Assembly: GCA_044220945.1 (NCBI GenBank)
Contig: JBGAQC010000008.1
Coordinates: 117,312 to 181,311 of the forward strand
DNA: 64,000 bases
Source: Chitinophagaceae bacterium
Lineage (GTDB): Bacteria > Bacteroidota > Bacteroidia > Chitinophagales > Chitinophagaceae
Direction: 5' to 3'
In this document: one piece after another, positions 27,732 to 36,232 of the stretch
How the letters are laid out: every line of letters starts with the position of its first letter
Position numbering within the stretch: the stretch's first letter is position 1
Notes under the pieces: generated by a model
The model's database searches: none
What the model was told of the DNA's origin: nothing
The model's input: the letters and a program-made list of their open reading frames with translations, nothing else
Program-made: the position numbers and the translations under genes

Positions 27732-28223
27732 TCACTGGCGCATATTTTCGTATTGGAGCGGAATCCCCAGTCCCCAACCTTTGGAAGCCTGGATCACCGC
27801 CTGTAGGTCGTCGATCTTCTTGCCGGTAACCCGTACGATATCGTCGTTTATGGAAGCCTGGACTTTCAGTCCGCTGTCCTTGATCAGTTTTACGATCTTC
27901 TTGGCATCCTCCATGCGCAGGCCGTTACGGACACTCACCTCCTGTTTCACCAGTTTTCCACTGGGAAAGGAATCTTTGCTGAGGTCGAAGGCTTCGGGAG
28001 AAATACCTTGTTTATGAGCCCGGTTGATCAGCACATCGATCAACTGGCGCATTTTCATATCATCTTCCGTTTCAATATTGAGCTTGAATTCCTTTTTATT
28101 CAGGTCGATCACCACATGGGTGCCCTTGAAATCGAAACGGTTGGTGATTTCCTTGGTGGTTACATTCACGGCATTATCAAGTGCCTGGGCATCCACTTTG
28201 CTGACGATGTCGAAAGAAGGCAT
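27732..28223 (-). CDS. yajQ: YajQ family nucleotide (c-di-GMP)-binding protein
   Basis: MPSFDIVSKVD, NRFDFKG, VRVTGKKIDDLQ and QYENMR. Confidence 0.92.
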   Translation of the reverse strand: MPSFDIVSKVDAQALDNAVNVTTKEITNRFDFKGTHVVIDLNKKEFKLNIETEDDMKMRQLIDVLINRAHKQGISPEAFDLSKDSFPSGKLVKQEVSVRNGLRMEDAKKIVKLIKDSGLKVQASINDDIVRVTGKKIDDLQAVIQASKGWGLGIPLQYENMRQ

Positions 28224-28273
28224 AAGCAATGGGTTTTCCGGTTAAACAGGTGATAAAGATACCGATAAACCGG

Positions 28274-28303
28274 AAAAGAAAAAGGCCCTGTAGAAACAGG
28301 GCC
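28274..28303 (-). terminator. Intrinsic terminator of the candidate small transcript
   Basis: GGCCCTGT-TTCT-ACAGGGCC followed by TTTTTCTTTT on the minus strand. Confidence 0.8.
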
Positions 28304-28369
28304 CGTTAACCAAAACTAACTGCTTATGAGAAAAACTGTATGACTGTATAGATGAGAAAAAAACGTTTT

Positions 28370-28438
28370 TTACATATACGATACCCCGCAGCTGACCAGG
28401 TATACCAGGATTACACATATCAGGATCACTTTTTTCAT
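28370..28438 (-). CDS. Candidate 22-aa peptide MKKVILICVILVYLVSCGVSYM (lipoprotein-signal-like or Ibs-like hydrophobic peptide)
   Basis: Translated base by base from ATG 28438 to TAA 28370: MKK n-region, 13-residue hydrophobic core, LVSC|G lipobox. Confidence 0.6.
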   Translation of the reverse strand: MKKVILICVILVYLVSCGVSYM

Positions 28439-28455
28439 TTTCGCTGCTTTATATA

Positions 28456-28482
28456 TAAGACTCCGGAACGGCAAAAAAGTTA
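28456..28482 (-). promoter_or_regulatory. ECF-sigma-like promoter
   Basis: Minus strand TAAC (28482-28479), 16-nt spacer, AGTCTTA (28462-28456); about 18 nt upstream of the 22-aa ORF. Confidence 0.45.
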
Positions 28483-28567
28483 ACTGGCCTGCTGTTAAAA
28501 TTTTCTAAATACCACAGCCTGCTGGTAACAGGCTGTGGCGGAAGGTTTAATGGTGTCAGGTATAATC

Positions 28568-31024
28568 TTATTGATCTCCTCCCGATTTCACCCGGCTCTG
28601 CTCATCACTGGCTCCACTGGTTCTCCGGTTAGAGGCTGCAGTTTTCCCTTTGCTGAAGCGCCAGGAGAAATTGAGGCTGAACTGGCGACTGTCGCGGCGC
28701 TGGTTGAAAGATGCATCAATATTGCTGTACCGGATCTCCCCATGTATCTTCTGGGAGTACAGGATATCCCGGGCACTGAAGCGAAGGGTACCCTTGCCTT
28801 TCATGATCTGTTTGCTGAGCCCGAGGTTTATCGCCATCACATCATCGATCCGGAACACCCCTTCAATACCCGGTGTGCGGTAGAATCCACCCAGTTCAGC
28901 ACCCCAGGTTTTAGCAAAGCGGAACTGGTTGGTGACATTGAAGAGGGCCGTATTACTTTCCAGCTCTGTGTATTCATTATTGAGTACCCCTTTGTACAGG
29001 TTGTTGAACACATTCATGTACAGGTTGGTATTCCACCATTTGGTGACAGCAAATCCGGCGCTGACCGAGAGCCCGTACTGGCGCTGATTGGCAATATTGA
29101 ATTTGCGGACAACCGTTTCATTTTTATCGATACGCTGTTCCAGAATATCGGAAATGATATCTGTGGTACGGGTATAATTGAGCGTAGTGGTCAGGAAACC
29201 TTTGTAGGTATGACTCAGTTCGATATTGTGGCTGAACTGCGGACTCAGGTTCGGGTTACCCTGTTCAAAAGTGTATTTGTCCAGGAACATGATGAAAGGA
29301 TTCAGGTCTTCATAATCGGGGCGGTTGATCCGGCGGCCATAATTCAGTACAAAACTGTTCTTTTCACTTGCATTATACTGGAGATAGGCAGTCGGGAACA
29401 GCTGGGTATAATTCCGCTTGAACTTATCACCGGTGGTGATCTGGTTACCGGATGCGTTCGTGTTTTCCAGGCGCAGGCCGAACTGGCTGTTCCATTTTTT
29501 GCCCAGCGGGCGGCTGTAGTTTACGTATACTGCATTTACATTTTCCTTATAGAGGAAATGGTTGCTCCGGCCGATATCGCGTACCCGCTGGTTATTCAGC
29601 AGGCTGTCGTAAATGGCGTTATTATCGGTTTCCACATAACTGCTTTTCCAGCCGGCTTCAATACGGGCACCTTTTTCCAGCGGTTTTACAAAGTCCACTT
29701 TGGCTGTATAAATATTGATCGCCTGAGGCAGGTTGCCCAGCAGGGAATCCGAAGGCAGGATGGGTGAACCATCCGGAGAGAAATAATGGTTATAGAGATA
29801 CTGGTCGTTGGCGGAATTATAGTGCAGGTAATCCAGGTCTGCAGTCAACTCCGCTCCGGTGGTATCCAGCATGCGGCGGAAATTCAGGTTGGTGCTGATG
29901 TTCTTCCAGGTGCGGTCGTTGCTGGTTACTGCCTTTGTGGTGCTCTTGGCTATACCTGCAGCATCTGCAATACGCACTGTACTTGCATTGGAGAATGTCA
30001 TTGGTGATGTGAATCCGTTCACAACAAATCCGAAAGTGGTCTTTTTATTCATCGCGTAGTCGAGGCCGATCTTGCCGCTATACGTCTGGCCCAGGTCTTT
30101 CATCCGGGATTCCTGGTCATAGAGGGAAACCACATTCTTGGAAACCCCTTCCAGGAATTTCCGCTGGATATCCAGGTTGTTGAAATTCTGGCGGTAGTTA
30201 TAACTGAAATTGGAGAACAGGTTTACTTTGTTTTTACGATAGTTAAGGTTAACAGACTCACCGGTACGGGCGTAAACACCTTGTGTATATCCCAGTGACA
30301 CACTGCCGCTATACCCCATCTGTTTGTTCTTTTTGGTGCGGATATTAATAACACCGCTGTTACCGGCAGCATCATATTTGGCGGGAGGATTGGTCATGAT
30401 CTCGATACTCTCCAGCTGGTTGGCATTCATGTTTTTCAGCAGTTCAGCCAGATCACTACCCGAAAGATAGGTCGGACGTCCATCGAGATAGACCATCACC
30501 CCTTCTTTCCCTTTCAGGCTGATATTGCCATCTTTGTCTACGGAAATGCCGGGCGATTTTTCCAGGACTTCCAGGGCTGTGGCACCAGCATTCGTGGATG
30601 AGGCTTCTACATTCACGATGGTCCGGTCCATTTTCTGCTCGATCAGTGGCTTCCGGGCTGTAACAGTAACGGCTTTCAGGTCTTTGGCTACTGCCGTAAG
30701 TTTGGTTGTGCCCAGTTCGGCTACCCCACCTGCAGCAAGGGCAAATTCGGGGGTGTAAACGGTACTGAAGCCTACGGATTCGAAGCGGATCCGGTAGGTT
30801 CCGGAAGCGATCTGTTCAAATGACCAGCTGCCGTCACCAGCACTTAAAGTCATTTTAACCAGACTGGAATCCTTGGATTTCAGCAGTGAAACGGAGGCTG
30901 AACCCAAAACGGTCTGGTTCTGGTCGGTCAGTTTTCCGTTGATGCGGGACAGGTTCTGTGCGTGGCTGACGATAGATAAGGTTATGATTATCAGGACTGT
31001 CAGCAGAGTCTTGGCGGTTCTCAT
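28568..31024 (-). CDS. TonB-dependent receptor-like outer-membrane beta-barrel protein
   Basis: Signal peptide, CarboxypepD-like N-domain, plug motif IEIMTNPPAKYDAAGNSGVINI, terminal FSLNFSWRF strand; start ATG 31024. Confidence 0.88.
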   Translation of the reverse strand: MRTAKTLLTVLIIITLSIVSHAQNLSRINGKLTDQNQTVLGSASVSLLKSKDSSLVKMTLSAGDGSWSFEQIASGTYRIRFESVGFSTVYTPEFALAAGGVAELGTTKLTAVAKDLKAVTVTARKPLIEQKMDRTIVNVEASSTNAGATALEVLEKSPGISVDKDGNISLKGKEGVMVYLDGRPTYLSGSDLAELLKNMNANQLESIEIMTNPPAKYDAAGNSGVINIRTKKNKQMGYSGSVSLGYTQGVYARTGESVNLNYRKNKVNLFSNFSYNYRQNFNNLDIQRKFLEGVSKNVVSLYDQESRMKDLGQTYSGKIGLDYAMNKKTTFGFVVNGFTSPMTFSNASTVRIADAAGIAKSTTKAVTSNDRTWKNISTNLNFRRMLDTTGAELTADLDYLHYNSANDQYLYNHYFSPDGSPILPSDSLLGNLPQAINIYTAKVDFVKPLEKGARIEAGWKSSYVETDNNAIYDSLLNNQRVRDIGRSNHFLYKENVNAVYVNYSRPLGKKWNSQFGLRLENTNASGNQITTGDKFKRNYTQLFPTAYLQYNASEKNSFVLNYGRRINRPDYEDLNPFIMFLDKYTFEQGNPNLSPQFSHNIELSHTYKGFLTTTLNYTRTTDIISDILEQRIDKNETVVRKFNIANQRQYGLSVSAGFAVTKWWNTNLYMNVFNNLYKGVLNNEYTELESNTALFNVTNQFRFAKTWGAELGGFYRTPGIEGVFRIDDVMAINLGLSKQIMKGKGTLRFSARDILYSQKIHGEIRYSNIDASFNQRRDSRQFSLNFSWRFSKGKTAASNRRTSGASDEQSRVKSGGDQ

Positions 31025-31298
31025 TTTATTGTTCTTTATTTTAATATATACTTTGTTTTGACGAATACAACTCAAAAGTAAGTACTATTTAATGCATAGT
31101 ACATTGTTTTGTGCCAGACGGCAGGAATCGTTTATAGTTGGATGGAAAGCGGAAAGGAATGGAAACCGGATATGGGACGCAGCCGGAAGAAAAGAGTTAC
31201 AGGCCAATGGCTAGTTAGTGACCAATGGTTGAATAGGCTGTTTAAAGGAAAAAGCCGGGACTGGCCCGGCTTTAAACATAATGAAGCTATAAATATGT

Positions 31299-32588
31299 TC
31301 AGGCAGCGTTATTGCCTTTCTTACGGAAATAGAAGAAGCAGACCAGTCCAATGATGACCAAAGCGCTGGAAATCAATTCAGCTTGTGTAGGCCGGAAGGG
31401 TAATTGATCATAGGTGGTATTCACCCTGATTTTTTCTATGAGGAAGCGCTCAATGCCGTTTACAATCAAATATATGCTGAACAATACGCCGGCCTGGTTG
31501 ATCTTTTTACGGATCAGCCAGAGGAAGAAAAAGAGCACCAGTGCCATCAGGGTTTCATAGAACGGTGTAGGAAATACAGGTACGGGAAGCTGCCGGCAAT
31601 ACTGGCCATCAGTACAGTCCCGTATATCCACTCCATGATTCAGCACATTATGCGGATAAGTATAGGCTACCATCCAGACAGGAAGCCCAAATGGGGCTTT
31701 TACGGCTTTATGCGGGATCTGATCCAGAGGTGTTTCATTGAATTCATTGGTATAAAAGCGGCTGTTCATGGTCAGCTGCAGTTTATAGGTATCCGGATCT
31801 GCTTCAACAATTTTATTATCGGTAGTGATCACATAGGCGCTGTTCAGGATGCCCCAGTCGCCATCTCCGGCCACCTGGCAACCGATACGGCCGATGGCAT
31901 AGGCGATCATAAGCGCAGGTGCTGCCGCATCGCAGAGGTGTTTAAAATTGATCTTATGTTTCCGGGCATACCACCATATTGCGAGGGTGGCACAGATCAG
32001 TCCTCCGTAAAAAGTTAATCCGCTGAATGAAAGCAGCGCTTCCACCGGACTGGCGATAAATTCATTCCAGTTTTCGAGGTTATGAAAGATCTTGGCACCC
32101 AGGAAGCCGAAGAGGGCGGCATATATCACGATATCTCCTACCCTGTCGTGCGGCCAGAGGCGTACCGTACGGGTTTCGGGTTTGGCCAGTTTCCGTTTGT
32201 TCTTTTCCCACCATTTCAATCCGGTGAACAGGATAGCCATGGCGATACCCATAGGGAGGTTCCCTTTGGAAGAGAAGATGAATTCCTGAGGATCCACGGC
32301 TTCACCCTTTCCGGTCAGGAAGAGCCCGATAAACTTATAACCGAGGAGAAATCCAAGTAGGAAGTTGATGGCGAGGTCGGTTATAGAAGCCGGCTTACCG
32401 ACTTCAACCTTTACTTCAGAGAACTGAAGCAGTCCCCCTCTTTCTTTTCGTTGCAGTTCTTTTACCAATATATAGGCAGCCACCAGAAAAGCCAGTGCCA
32501 CAAAGAATCCGAACGAGTTGATGAACCGAAGGCCGGACCATTCCACTCCAAAAAGGTCCCGGAAAGCGTAGTAAAGATTGGGATACAT
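31299..32588 (-). CDS. lgt: Prolipoprotein diacylglyceryl transferase, long form with inserts
   Basis: SGLTFYGGL, GRIGCQVAGDG, PTPFYE and GIERFLIEKIR. Confidence 0.9.
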   Translation of the reverse strand: MYPNLYYAFRDLFGVEWSGLRFINSFGFFVALAFLVAAYILVKELQRKERGGLLQFSEVKVEVGKPASITDLAINFLLGFLLGYKFIGLFLTGKGEAVDPQEFIFSSKGNLPMGIAMAILFTGLKWWEKNKRKLAKPETRTVRLWPHDRVGDIVIYAALFGFLGAKIFHNLENWNEFIASPVEALLSFSGLTFYGGLICATLAIWWYARKHKINFKHLCDAAAPALMIAYAIGRIGCQVAGDGDWGILNSAYVITTDNKIVEADPDTYKLQLTMNSRFYTNEFNETPLDQIPHKAVKAPFGLPVWMVAYTYPHNVLNHGVDIRDCTDGQYCRQLPVPVFPTPFYETLMALVLFFFLWLIRKKINQAGVLFSIYLIVNGIERFLIEKIRVNTTYDQLPFRPTQAELISSALVIIGLVCFFYFRKKGNNAA

Positions 32589-32658
32589 GCTTCGAACGTA
32601 TTTATATCAGGTTCAGAACAGGATGCAATGATAGGTAAAAATCAGCCGGAACGGCAAT

Positions 32659-32685
32659 AAAAAAACCCCGGAAACCGGGGTTTTT
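32659..32685. terminator. Intrinsic terminator downstream of the bacilliredoxin gene
   Basis: A7-CCCCGG-AAA-CCGGGG-T5. Confidence 0.75.
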
Positions 32686-32700
32686 CAGTTCAGCGATAGA

Positions 32701-33114
32701 TCAGCAATGCTGGTCAAAAGCTGCAATCAGGTTATGTGCGATCATCTGTGCGGGGCGTCCTTCAATCATATGCCGTTCAATGAAATGTACCAGTTGTCCA
32801 TCCTTGAACAGGGCAATGGCAGGTGAAGAAGGCGGATAGGGCAGCAGATGCTCCCGGAGTTTCTTAACGGCATCAATATCAAAACCGGCAAAAGTGGTGG
32901 TGAGGTGATCCGGCTTTTTGGTGGTATTGTGCACAGCCATCAGAACGCCGGGGCGTGCAGTACCGGCTGAACAACCACAAACGGAGTTGATCATGACCAG
33001 TGTGGTTCCGGGTTGACTGAGCTGGGCATCCACTTCGGATGCGGACAATAATTCGCTGAATCCGTTATCGGTCAGCTCTTCCTTCATCGGGATAACTATT
33101 TCTTCGGGATACAT
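32701..33114 (-). CDS. BrxA/BrxB family bacilliredoxin (YphP/YqiW)
   Basis: INSVCGCSAGTARPG (CGC motif), TTFAGFD and PPSSPAIALFKDG. Confidence 0.9.
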   Translation of the reverse strand: MYPEEIVIPMKEELTDNGFSELLSASEVDAQLSQPGTTLVMINSVCGCSAGTARPGVLMAVHNTTKKPDHLTTTFAGFDIDAVKKLREHLLPYPPSSPAIALFKDGQLVHFIERHMIEGRPAQMIAHNLIAAFDQHC

Positions 33115-33285
33115 AGTTTGTAAGAATTGAATTTGAACAACAAAATTAATAAAAAGCCCGGAAAGCGGTTTTCGAATTCAGAAATAAGCAGTTCTGTCAG
33201 CCGGGAATGCGCAAAACTGAAATTCTGTCGCCCTGCAATGGTCAATTCCGAACATAACGGCAGGGAAATAAGGAGAAAAAACCGG

Positions 33286-33300
33286 TGGTATAACGTTTGC
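33286..33300 (+). promoter_or_regulatory. Sigma54 (-24/-12) promoter of hsp20
   Basis: TGGTATAACGTTTGC = GG-N10-GC, 40 nt upstream of ATG 33341. Confidence 0.6.
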
Positions 33301-33340
33301 GTGACTGTTTTCAAATTTAAAAACCTAAAAACAGTTTTAT

Positions 33341-33768
33341 ATGACACTTGTAAAAATGAATACCCGTCCTGTGCTGCATGCCGGCAACCTGTTCAACGAA
33401 ATCTGGAATGATCCTATTTTCAGTGGCAAACGCCCGGTGCCGGATTTCCCGCTGTAAATATTCATGAAACCAAAGAAGCCTGGCATCTGGAACTGATGGC
33501 ACCCGGGCGTGAAAAGAATGATTTCCAGATCGGCCTTACCGATGGCTTACTGACGATCGGTTATGAAGCTAAAGTCCAGGAAAATGAAGCTGAATACAAG
33601 ACTACCCGCAGGGAATTCAGTCTGCAGTCGTTCAAGCGCAGTTTCCATGTTGACGAGCAGATCGATGCTGATGCCATCCAGGCCCGCTATGAGAATGGCA
33701 TACTCCGACTGCTTTTACCGAAAAAACCCGAAGTAAAAGCAGCCAGTAAAAATATCACGATTCAGTAA
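33341..33768 (+). pseudogene. Hsp20/alpha-crystallin small heat-shock protein, frameshifted near 33417-33420
   Basis: MTLVKMN...NDPIF in one frame and QWQTPGAGFPAVNIHET...FKRSFHV...YENGILRLLLPK in the next; one extra T in the T4 run restores 142 aa. Confidence 0.8.
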
Positions 33769-33883
33769 AGTTTGTTAAAAGAGCGCAGATCAGCAGTTGG
33801 TTTTTGGTGAAGTACCCGTTCCGTGTCATGCGGAGCGGGTTTTCTTATTGTAAAGCCTTAAATTTGCTACGGAATCAACCGAC

Positions 33884-35170
33884 ATGAAACTGAACCCTGT
33901 TCGTATCGCTTTCCTGCTCTTCATTTTCACCTTGTCTCTTGCTGTCAACCAGGCAGTGGCACAGGTAGTAACCGACACCACACACCGGCAGCAGGATTCC
34001 CTTATAAATCCCGTTGACACAGTACTCCGGATCAAAAACCTGAATCCCTTCTTCAACCTCCATGTGGATTCGTCCCTCAGCTATAATCTGGAGATCAACC
34101 GCGATGAATCGAAGTATTATTATTTCATGCGGAATTCACCGGTGGGACTGAAGATCAACAAAGACAATGGATTGCTCACGTTCAAGGCAGACAAATCCTA
34201 TTTTCTGTCAGGCAAGCTGAAATACGACAATGAATACAGGGTGCAGATCGGGGTACAGAACCTGGACAATCCCAAAGACCGTATCGATACGTTCTTCTCC
34301 ATCCTGTTCTATAATACAGAGATCATTCCTTCGCTGGTGAAACCCACCATCAGCTCCCAACTGATCATAGACGAAGGGGATACGGTAAGTTTCAAGGTAT
34401 TATGCGAGAACGGCTCCTTCCCTATTGAGAATATCACTTTTTTTGCCAATACCCCCTTGAAAAATGTGACCATGGTACGTCATTGCGATGATGATTTCGT
34501 GTGGACGCCTGGTTTCGATTTCGTGAAAGAGAGCGATTCTGCACGTGTAAGGATCGTACTGCTCAATTTTGTGGGTGCCAACCGTTTCCTGGAGAAAGAT
34601 ACGGCTACGGTGAAACTGATCGTACGCGATGCGCTGAATTATCCCCTGGCGGTCCAGGACTTTAATCAGGTAACCCGGAACATCCAGACTTATATTGTAC
34701 AGCTGAAGTATACTTTCCTCCAGCTGGATAAGAGCGTAAAAAAGACCAAGAATACCCGTACCACATTTGATATTACCGGCTCTACCACTGCGCTGACCGG
34801 AAGTGTATTACAGGCTTCCTCCAGTGCCGATACGAAGAAGGTGGGACAGGTCATGCCCAGTGTGGGTATATCCCTGGTGCCCATCAAGGAGGCCATAGCG
34901 CCACAGAAAGTGTTTGACCAGAACCAGGCCTCGCTGATCCGAACATCGATCAAGCGGCTGGATTATATGCTCAAAGACAATAACCTGATCGGGGAAAAAG
35001 ACCCTGATATTGTCCGGAAGACCAATAAACTCAAGGACGAGCTCAAGCAGATCCAGATCCAGCTGATTGATATACCGCTGGTGATCATGGAGCAGGATAT
35101 GACAGAAGAAGAGCTGAACCAGTATTTCAACAGCCCCAAAGTCAACAAGAAATACCTGATCAAGAAATAA
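33884..35170 (+). CDS. Conserved hypothetical secreted protein (Ig-like N-half, helical C-half)
   Basis: Signal peptide, TAAATTTG -7 box upstream; function unknown. Confidence 0.75.
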   Translation: MKLNPVRIAFLLFIFTLSLAVNQAVAQVVTDTTHRQQDSLINPVDTVLRIKNLNPFFNLHVDSSLSYNLEINRDESKYYYFMRNSPVGLKINKDNGLLTFKADKSYFLSGKLKYDNEYRVQIGVQNLDNPKDRIDTFFSILFYNTEIIPSLVKPTISSQLIIDEGDTVSFKVLCENGSFPIENITFFANTPLKNVTMVRHCDDDFVWTPGFDFVKESDSARVRIVLLNFVGANRFLEKDTATVKLIVRDALNYPLAVQDFNQVTRNIQTYIVQLKYTFLQLDKSVKKTKNTRTTFDITGSTTALTGSVLQASSSADTKKVGQVMPSVGISLVPIKEAIAPQKVFDQNQASLIRTSIKRLDYMLKDNNLIGEKDPDIVRKTNKLKDELKQIQIQLIDIPLVIMEQDMTEEELNQYFNSPKVNKKYLIKK

Positions 35171-35629
35171 TCACTCACATCCCTGTTTTCTGCGGGTATC
35201 GATCAGGTACTGGATCTTCCATCCCTTCTCCCCTCTGACCAGTTGGAAAGAATTCGCCCCGCAATGGCTGAATTGCCCGTTAAAATAGAATTTATACGGC
35301 GTCCATACACTGGCCAGCGGCCCGTCAATTTTCACTACTGCAAACTCAATGCGTTCATCTGCTGCTCCTTTGGGCAGTTTTGCCACGGAACCGGCAAATT
35401 CACTAACGGATTCATCCCGGATAATGATCTTTCCTTCCTTGTTTCGGGCGATGGTCTGCAATACGGCACTGTCTGCAAATGCAGTACGCACCAGTTCAGC
35501 ATCTGAAGTATTCATTCCGGTAAAAAGCTGGTTCACGGCCGCCTTTACAGAATCTTCCGCGGTCTGGGCATTGGTATTCAATGTCAGCAGCAGTATAGCA
35601 ATTGTTAAAATCAGCCTGCAGTTCTTCAT
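35171..35629 (-). CDS. NTF2-like (lumazine-binding-like) secreted protein
   Basis: Signal peptide, DGPLASVWTPYKFY and HCGANSFQL. Confidence 0.8.
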   Translation of the reverse strand: MKNCRLILTIAILLLTLNTNAQTAEDSVKAAVNQLFTGMNTSDAELVRTAFADSAVLQTIARNKEGKIIIRDESVSEFAGSVAKLPKGAADERIEFAVVKIDGPLASVWTPYKFYFNGQFSHCGANSFQLVRGEKGWKIQYLIDTRRKQGCE

Positions 35630-35693
35630 GTTAAAATAATTAACGGTTTCTGGCCTTTGCCTTGAATAGTTCAGGAAAGATAAAACCAAAAAC

Positions 35694-36197
35694 ATGAAGA
35701 TCCAGAATTTTACACCAGCGGTTCTAGTTGTAATAGGCGCTATCAGCCTGAGCAGTTGTTATACAGCCGAGCCTGTACATTATCCCCGGGAGCCTCGCCG
35801 GGTGGTGGTAGTGGAAGACCGGTACCCGGCATCGTTGCCACCCGGGCAGGCCAAAAAAATATATGGGGGTCGTTCAGCCAGGGGTTATGCTCCGGGCCAG
35901 CAACGCCGGCCGGATTACCGTAACCAGACCGTGTACTACCCTTTGATCATCATACGCACTCCGGATATCGTCATCCGCAGGGCTGCAGATGGAAGAGACT
36001 ATTGTTTGAACAGGGACGGTTATTATTACTGGCGCGGGGCCGACAACCGGTTCTATCTCGATGAACGTTATATCGGGCAGATCCGGTATGATGAGCGGGA
36101 ATACCGCGACTGGGACAGCCGCAGGGGCGGCAAACACCACGATGATGATGATGACGACGATCATCATGGTCACCGGGGGCGCGGCCACCGTCATTAA
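35694..36197 (+). CDS. Hypothetical lipoprotein with a PPGQAKK motif and His/Asp-rich tail
   Basis: Lipobox LSSC, LPPGQAKKIYG and C-terminal KHHDDDDDDDHHGHRGRGHRH. Confidence 0.75.
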   Translation: MKIQNFTPAVLVVIGAISLSSCYTAEPVHYPREPRRVVVVEDRYPASLPPGQAKKIYGGRSARGYAPGQQRRPDYRNQTVYYPLIIIRTPDIVIRRAADGRDYCLNRDGYYYWRGADNRFYLDERYIGQIRYDEREYRDWDSRRGGKHHDDDDDDDHHGHRGRGHRH

Positions 36198-36199
36198 AG

Positions 36200-36232
36200 A
36201 AAAATGCCTGGAATCGATCCAGGCATTTTTTT
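36200..36232. terminator. Bidirectional terminator
   Basis: AAAAATGCCTGGA-ATCGA-TCCAGGCATTTTTTT. Confidence 0.8.

Noticed and set aside
31100-31240. Possible LytTR-type direct repeats and degenerate heptamers upstream of the TonB receptor
   Set aside because: Too degenerate to define unit boundaries by eye.
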